From NCBI GenBank assembly GCA_964057225.1, contig OZ059900.1:930001-994000 (forward strand): 64,000 nt of DNA, read 5' to 3'. A model generated the notes under the pieces. That model worked only from the letters and a program-made list of their open reading frames with translations. It did no database searches and was not told the DNA's origin. This DNA is from Auanema rhodensis. Lineage: Eukaryota; Animalia; Nematoda. The position numbers and the translations under genes were made by a program. Positions 55,501 through 64,000 of the stretch are shown in pieces; positions within the stretch are counted from its first letter, which is position 1, and the number at the start of each line of letters is the position of its first letter.

Positions 55501-58500
55501 TTTTTGAAATTTCCGAGTTTTGAGTCCAATTTGGCTAAATCGCTCATATATATGATCAAAAGCATAGTTTTATTGTCTATAACAACAAAAGTCATCAATT
55601 AAACGCTAGTGATGTTTTAATACTGAATTTCGCTCAAATAGCATTACTACACTAAGTATGGTCGTTTTTATGCCTTTAACACCATATACTCACCGATTTT
55701 TGGTACAAAATCTGTGATACTCGTAAATTTTGATCATATTCGGTGAGATTCGAGAATCAAACACTCAATACACGAAACAAGTTTATTTTGACGAGTTTGC
55801 ACTGATATTTATTCATTTTGATCAAAAAAGGTCGAAAATAGAAAGATTTTTTGAAATTTCCGAGTTTTGAGTCTAATTTGGCTAAATCGCTCATATATAT
55901 GATCAGAAGCATAGATGTATTGTCTATGACAACAAAAGTCATTAATTGAACACTAATGATGTTTAAATCACTGAATTTCGCTCAAATAGCATTACTACAC
56001 TAAGGATGGTCGTTTTTATGCCTTTAACACCATATACTCACCGATTTTTGGTACAAAATCTGTGATACTCGTAAATTTTGATCATATTCGTTAAGATTCA
56101 AGAATCAAACACACAATACACGGAATAAGTTCATTTTTACAAGTTTGCACTGATATTTATTCATTTTGATCAAAAAAGGTCGAAAATAGAAAGAATTTTT
56201 GAAATTTACGAGTTTTGAGTCTAATTTGGCTAAATCGCTCATATATATGATCAGAAGCATAGTTTTATTGTCTATGACAACAAAAGTCATTAATTAAACA
56301 CTAATGATGTTTAAATACTGATTTTCGCTCAAATAGCATTACTACACTAAGTATGGTCGTTTTTATACCTTCAACACCATATACTCACCGATTTTTGGTA
56401 CAAAATCTGTGATACTCGTAAATTTCGATCATATTCGTTAAGATTCGAGAATCAAACACACAATACACGAAATGAGTTTATTTTCACGAGTTTGCACTGA
56501 TATTTATTCAATTTGATCAAAAAAGGTCGAAAATAGAAAGAATTTTTGAATTTTCCGAGTTTTGAGTCCAATTGGGCTAAATCGCTCATATATATGATCA
56601 AAAGCATAGTTTTACTGTCTATGATAACAAAAGTCTTCAAATATACACTAGTAATGATTAAATCACTGAATTTCACTCAAATAGCATTACTACACTAAGT
56701 ATGGTCGTTTTTATGCCTTTAACACCATATACTCACCGATTTTTGGTACAAAATCTGTAATACTTGTAAATTTCGATCATATTCGTTAAGATTTGAGAAT
56801 CAAACACATAATACACGAAATAAGTCTATTTTTACAAGTTTGCACTGATATATATTCATTTTGATCAAAAAAGGTCGAAAATAGAAAGAATTTTTGAAAT
56901 TTACGAGTTTTGAGTCTAATTTGGCTAAATCGCTCATATATATGATCAGAAGCATAGTTTTATTGTCTATGACAACAAAAGTCATTAATTAAACACTAAT
57001 AATGTTTAAATCACTAAATTTCGCTCAAATAGCATTACTACACTAAGTATGGTCGTTTTTATGCCTTTAACACCATATACTCACCGATTTTTGGTACAAA
57101 ATCTGTAATACTTGTAAATTTTGATCATATTCGTTAAGATTCGAGAATCAAACACATAATACACGAAATAAGTCTATTTTTATGAGTTTGCACTGATATT
57201 TATTCATTTTGATCAAAAAAGGTCGAAAATAGAAAGAATTTTTGAAATTTCCTAGTTTTGAGTCTAATTTGGCTAAATCGCTCATATATATGATCAGAAG
57301 CATAGTTTTATTGTCTATGACAACAAAAATCATCAATTAAACGCTAGTGATGTTTAAATACTGATTTTCGCTCAAATAGCATTACTACACTAAGTATGGT
57401 CGTTTTTATGCCTTTAACACCATATACTCACCGATTTTTGGTACAAAATCTGTAATACTTGTAAATTTTGATCATATTCGTTAAGATTTGAGAATCAAAC
57501 ATACAATACACAAAATCAGTCTATTTTTATGAGCTTGCACTGATATATATTCATTTTGATCAAAAAAGGTCGAAAATAGAAAGAATTTTTGAAATTTCCG
57601 AGTTTTGAGTCTAATTTGGCTAAATCGCTCATATATATGATCAGAAGCATAGTTTTATTGTCTATGACAACAAAAATCATCAATTAAACGCTAGTGATGT
57701 TTAAATACTGATTTTCGCTCAAATAGCATTACTAGACTAAGTATGGTCGTTTTTATGCCTTTAACACCATATACTCACCGATTTTTGGTACAAAATCTGT
57801 AATACTTGTAAATTTTGATCATATTCGTTAAGATTCGAGAATCAAACACATAATACACGAAATAAGTCTATTTTTACAAGTTTGCACTGATATTTATTCA
57901 TTTTGATCAAAAAAGATCGAAAATAGAAAGAATTTTTGAAATTTCCGAGTTTTGAGTCCAATTTGGCTAAATCGCTCATATATATGATCAAAAGCATAGT
58001 TTTATTGTCTATAACAACAAAAGTCATCAATTAAACGCTAGTGATGTTTTAATACTGAATTTCGCTCAAATAGCATTACTACACTAAGTATGGTCGTTTT
58101 TATGCCTTTAACACCATATACTCACCGATTTTTGGTACAAAATCTTTGATACTCGTAAATTTTGATCATATTCGGTGAGATTCGAGAATCAAACACTCAA
58201 TACACGAAACAAGTTTATTTTGACGAGTTTGCACTGATATTTATTCATTTTGATCAAAAAAGGTCGAAAATAGAAAGATTTTTTGAAATTTACGAGTTTT
58301 GAGTCTAATTTGGCTAAATCGCTCATATATATGATCAGAAGCATAGCTTTATTGTCTATGACAACAAAAATCATCAATTAAACGCTAGTGATGTTTAAAT
58401 ACTGATTTTCGCTCAAATAGCATTACTACACTAAGTATGGTCGTTTTTATGCCTTTAACACCATATACTCACCGATTTTTGGTACAAAATCTGTAATACT

Positions 58501-61500
58501 TGTAAATTTTGATCATATTCGTTAAGATTTGAGAATCAAACATACAATACACAAAATCAGTCTATGTTTATGAGCTTGCACTGATATATATTCATTTTGA
58601 TCAAAAAAGGTCGAAAATAGAAAGAATTTTTGAAATTTCCGAGTTTTGAGTCTAATTTGGCTAAATCGCTCATATATATGATCAGAAGCATAGTTTTATT
58701 GTCTATGACAACAAAAATCATCAATTAAACGCTAGTGATGTTTAAATACTGATTTTCGCTCAAATAGCATTACTACACTAAGTATGGTCGTTTTTATGCC
58801 TTTAACACCATATACTCACCGATTTTTGGTACAAAATCTGTAATACTTGTAAATTTCGATCATATTCGTTAAGATTCGAGAATCAAACACATAATACACG
58901 AAATAAGTCTATTTTTATGAGTTTGCACTGATATTTATTCATTTTGATCAAAAAAGGTCGAAAATAGAAAGAATTTTTGAAATTTCCGAGTTTTGAGTCT
59001 AATTTGGCTAAATCGCTCATATATATGATCAGAAGCATAGTTTTATTGTCTATGACAACAAAAATCATCAATTAAACGCTAGTGATGTTTAAATACTGAT
59101 TTTCGCTCAAATAGCATTACTACACTAAGTATGGTCGTTTTTATGCCTTTAACACCATATACTCACCGATTTTTGGTACAAAATCTGTAATACTTGTAAA
59201 TTTTGATCATATTCGTTAAGATTTGAGAATCAAACATACAATACACAAAATCAGTCTATTTTTATGAGCTTGCACTGATATATATTCATTTTGATCAAAA
59301 AAGGTCGAAAATAGAAAGAATTTTTGAAATTTCCGAGTTTTGAGTCCAATTTGGCTAAATCGCTCATATATATGATCAAAAGCATAGTTTTATTGTCTAT
59401 AACAACAAAAGTCATCAATTAAACGCTAGTGATGTTTTAATACTGATTTTCGCTCAAATAGCATTACTACACTAAGTATGGTCGTTTTTATGCCTTTAAC
59501 ACCATATACTCACCGATTTTTGGTACAAAATCTGTAATACTTGTAAATTTTGATCATATTCGTTAAGATTTGAGAATCAAACATACAATACACAAAATCA
59601 GTCTATTTTTATGAGCTTGCACTGATATATATTCATTTTGATCAAAAAAGGTCGAAAATAGAAAGAATTTTTGAAATTTCCGAGTTTTGAGTCTAATTTG
59701 GCTAAATCGCTCATATATATGATCAGAAGCATAGTTTTATTGTCTATGACAACAAAAATCATCAATTAAACGCTAGTGATGTTTAAATACTGATTTTCGC
59801 TCAAATAGCATTACTACACTAAGTATGGTCGTTTTTATGCCTTTAACACCATATACTCACCGATTTTTGGTACAAAATCTGTAATACTTGTAAATTTTGA
59901 TCATATTCGTTAAGATTTGAGAATCAAACATACAATACACAAAATCAGTCTATGTTTATGAGCTTGCACTGATATATATTCATTTTGATCAAAAAAGGTC
60001 GAAAATAGAAAGAATTTTTGAAATTTCCGAGTTTTGAGTCTAATTTGGCTAAATCGCTCATATATATGATCAGAAGCATAGTTTTATTGTCTATGACAAC
60101 AAAAATCATCAATTAAACGCTAGTGATGTTTAAATACTGATTTTCGATCAAATAGCATTACTACACTAAGTATGGTCGTTTTTATGCCTTTAACACCATA
60201 TACTCACCGATTTTTGGTACAAAATCTGTAATACTTGTAAATTTTGATCATATTCGTTAAGATTCGAGAATCAAACACATAATACACGAAATAAGTCTAT
60301 TTTTACAAGTTTGCACTGATATTTATTCATTTTGATCAAAAAAGATCGAAAATAGAAAGAATTTTTGAAATTTCCGAGTTTTGAGTCCAATTTGGCTAAA
60401 TCGCTCATATATATGATCAAAAGCATAGTTTTATTGTCTATAACAACAAAAGTCATCAATTAAACGCTAGTGATGTTTTAATACTGAATTTCGCTCAAAT
60501 AGCATTACTACACTAAGTATGGTCGTTTTTATGCCTTTAACACCATATACTCACCGATTTTTGGTACAAAATCTGTGATACTCGTAAATTTTGATCATAT
60601 TCGGTGAGATTCGAGAATCAAACACTCAATACACGAAACAAGTTTATTTTGACGAGTTTGCACTGATATTTATTCATTTTGATCAAAAAAGGTCGAAAAT
60701 AGAAAGATTTTTTGAAATTTCCGAGTTTTGAGTCTAATTTGGCTAAATCGCTCATATATATGATCAGAAGCATAGATGTATTGTCTATGACAACAAAAGT
60801 CATTAATTGAACACTAATGATGTTTAAATCACTGAATTTCGCTCAAATAGCATTACTACACTAAGGATGGTCGTTTTTATGCCTTTAACACCATATACTC
60901 ACCGATTTTTGGTACAAAATCTGTGATACTCGTAAATTTTGATCATATTCGTTAAGATTCAAGAATCAAACACACAATACACGGAATAAGTTCATTTTTA
61001 CAAGTTTGCACTGATATTTATTCATTTTGATCAAAAAAGGTCGAAAATAGAAAGAATTTTTGAAATTTACGAGTTTTGAGTCTAATTTGGCTAAATCGCT
61101 CATATATATGATCAGAAGCATAGTTTTATTGTCTATGACAACAAAAGTCATTAATTAAACACTAATGATGTTTAAATACTGATTTTCGCTCAAATAGCAT
61201 TACTACACTAAGTATGGTCGTTTTTATACCTTCAACACCATATACTCACCGATTTTTGGTACAAAATCTGTGATACTCGTAAATTTTGATCATATTCGTT
61301 AAGATTCGAGAATCAAACACACAATACACGAAATGAGTTTATTTTCACGAGTTTGCACTGATATTTATTCAATTTGATCAAAAAAGGTCGAAAATAGAAA
61401 GAATTTTTGAATTTTCCGAGTTTTGAGTCCAATTGGGCTAAATCGCTCATATATATGATCAAAAGCATAGTTTTACTGTCTATGATAACAAAAGTCTTCA

Positions 61501-64000
61501 AATATACACTAGTAATGATTAAATCACTGAATTTCACTCAAATAGCATTACTACACTAAGTATGGTCGTTTTTATGCCTTTAACACCATATACTCACCGA
61601 TTTTTGGTACAAAATCTGTAATACTTGTAAATTTCGATCATATTCGTTAAGATTTGAGAATCAAACACATAATACACGAAATAAGTCTATTTTTACAAGT
61701 TTGCACTGATATTTATTCATTTTGATCAAAAAAGGTCGAAAATAGAAAGAATTTTTGAAATTTCCGAGTTTTGAGTCCAATTTGGCTAAATCGCTCATAT
61801 ATATGATCAAAAGCATAGTTCTATTGTCTATAACAACAAAAGTCTTCAATTAAACGCTAGTGATGTTTTAATACTGAATTTCGCTCAAATAGCATTACTA
61901 CACTAAGTATGGTCGTTTTTATGCCTTTAACACCATATACTCACCGATTTTTGGTACAAAATCTGTAATACTCGTAAATTTTGATCATATTCGTTAAGAT
62001 TTGAGAATCAAACATACAATACACGAAATCAGTCTACTTTTATGAGCTTGCACTGATATATATTCATTTTGATCAAAAAAGGTCGAAAATAGAAAGAATT
62101 TTTGAAATTTACGAGGTTTGAGTCTAATTTGGCTAAATCGCTCATATATATGATCAGAAGCATAGTTTTATTGTCTATGACAACAAAAGTCATTAATTAA
62201 ACACTAATAATGTTTAAATCACTAAATTTCGCTCAAATAGCATTACTACACTAAGTATGGTCGTTTTTATGCCTTTAACACCATATACTCACCGATTTTT
62301 GGTACAAAATCTGTAATACTTGTAAATTTTGATCATATTCGTTAAGATTCGAGAATCAAACACATAATACACAAAATAAGTCTATTTTTATGAGTTTGCA
62401 CTGATATTTATTCATTTTGATCAAAAAAGGTCGAAAATAGAAAGAATTTTTGAAATTTCCGAGTTTTAAGTCTAATTTGGCTAAATCGCTCATATATATG
62501 ATCAGAAGCATAGTTTTATTGTCTATGACAACAAAAATCATCAATTAAACGCTAGTGATGTTTAAATACTGATTTTCGCTCAAATAGCATTACTACACTA
62601 AGTATGGTCGTTTTTATGCCTTTAACACCATATACTCACCGATTTTTGGTACAAAATCTGTAATACTTGTAAATTTTGATCATATTCGTTAAGATTCGAG
62701 AATCAAACAAATAATACACAAAATAAGTCTATTTTTATGAGTTTGCACTGATATTTATTCATTTTGATCAAAAAAGGTCGAAAATAGAAAGAATTTTTGA
62801 AATTTACGAGGTTTGAGTCTAATTTGGCTAAATCGCTCATATATATGATCAGAAGCATAGTTTTATTGTCTATGACAACAAAAGTCATTAATTAAACACT
62901 AATAATGTTTAAATCACTAAATTTCGCTCAAATAGCATTACTACACTAAGTATGGTCGTTTTTATGCCTTTAACACCATATACTCACCGATTTTTGGTAC
63001 AAAATCTGTAATACTTGTAAATTTTGATCATATTCGTTAAGATTCGAGAATCAAACACATAATACACAAAATAAGTCTATTTTTATGAGTTTGCACTGAT
63101 ATTTATTCATTTTGATCAAAAAAGGTCGAAAATAGAAAGAATTTTTGAAATTTCCGAGTTTTAAGTCTAATTTGGCTAAATCGCTCATATATATGATCAG
63201 AAGCATAGTTTTATTGTCTATGACAACAAAAATCATCAATTAAACGCTAGTGATGTTTAAATACTGATTTTCGCTCAAATAGCATTACTACACTAAGTAT
63301 GGTCGTTTTTATGCCTTTAACACCATATACTCACCGATTTTTGGTACAAAATCTGTAATACTTGTAAATTTTGATCATATTCGTTAAGATTTGAGAATCA
63401 AACATACAATACACAAAATCAGTCTATTTTTATGAGCTTGCACTGATATTTATTCATTTTTATCAAAAAAGGTCGAAAATAGAAAGAATTTTTGAAATTT
63501 CCGAGTTTTGAGTCCAATTGGGCTAAATCGCTCATATATATGATCAAAAGCATAGTTTTACTGTCTATGATAACAAAAGTCTTCAAATATAAACTAATAA
63601 TTATTAAATCACTGAATTTCACTCAAATAGCATTACTACACTAAGTATGGTCGTTTTTATGCCTTTAACACCATATACTCACCGATTTTTGGTACAAAAT
63701 CTGTGATACTCGTAAATTTTGATCATATTCGGTGAGATTCGAGAATCAAACACTCAATACACGAAATAAGTTTATTTTGACGAGTTTGCACTGATATTTA
63801 TTCATTTTGATCAAAAAAGGTCGAAAATAGAAAGATTTTTTGAAATTTCCGAGTTTTGAGTCCAATTTGGCTAAATCGCTCATATATATGATCAAAAGCA
63901 TAGTTTTATTGTCTATAACAACAAAAGTCATCAATTAAACGCTAGTGATGTTTAAATACTGATTTTCGCTCAAATAGCATTACTACACTAAGTATGGTCG
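52567..64000 (+). repeat. Diverged satellite domain with many additional monomer variants
   Basis: Alleles absent from the forward A/B/C arrays: cggtgagattc, aacactcaatac, aaagatcg, taaggatgg, tataccttc, gttttaagtc, gaggtttg. The canonical B monomer and the ABCBC period are lost. Confidence 0.93.

Larger units (their letters stand above)
1..64000. repeat. Tandem satellite DNA array, 347/348-bp monomer, about 184 copies, running off both window ends
   Basis: The same unit (e.g. caaatagcattactacactaagtatggtcgtttttatgcctttaacaccatatactcaccgatttttggtacaaaatctg) recurs throughout, and ORF-track spacings are 347, 348, 695 and sums of these. No unique sequence is present apart from a few junction bases. 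Confidence 0.99.

Noticed and set aside
188-63934. More than 100 copies of a 61-75 aa ORF (M-x-x-FVVIDNKTMLL...FRVLCV) as a tandem gene family
   Set aside because: Most starts are TTG/GTG read as M, and the frame is interrupted by TGA in every B monomer. Many variants are non-synonymous, the I/K/F/L/N composition reflects AT richness, and there is no recognisable domain. Ribosome profiling or peptides would be needed to revive it.
1-64000. CRISPR array or repeat-spacer system
   Set aside because: There are no unique spacers; the whole 347-bp unit repeats, and no cas or other genes are present.
1-64000. Assignment to a named satellite (e.g. Drosophila 359-bp 1.688 family or tenebrionid beetle ~360-bp satellites) or to a functional centromere
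   Set aside because: Only length and AT content are similar; I do not recognise the sequence. A BLAST/Dfam/Repbase search and CenH3 ChIP would be required.
1-64000. rDNA, 5S, tRNA, snRNA or spliced-leader gene array
   Set aside because: No recognisable RNA gene sequence or Pol III A/B/C boxes were seen by eye; an Rfam scan of the consensus would settle it.

Overview
The whole 64 kb window is one AT-rich (about 29% GC in a hand count of one unit) tandem satellite DNA array of about 184 monomers of 347/348 bp. It looks like eukaryotic (peri)centromeric or heterochromatic satellite; I cannot name the organism or family. No real genes, RNA genes, transposons or CRISPR arrays are supported, and the 62-aa ORF track is a by-product of the repeat (though useful as a monomer-type ruler). 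Architecture: (i) a highly homogeneous domain (1-50179) built from three monomer variants, here called A, B and C, in B-C dimers (695 bp) and A-B-C-B-C pentamers (1737 bp) with larger block duplications; (ii) a more diverged domain (52567-64000) with many more variants; (iii) three related inverted blocks (18468-21173, 23183-25888, 50179-52569), one sitting exactly on the domain boundary. The most interesting signal is structural, not coding. All three inverted blocks share the same breakpoints and form kilobase palindromes with their flanks. The copies have independently deleted 44-46 bp on opposite sides of the same palindrome centre, and one carries a ~1.38 kb tract rewritten as an in-register mirror of the opposite arm, which suggests arm-to-arm gene conversion in a satellite palindrome. 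Strand convention: + is the majority monomer orientation, - is inverted.
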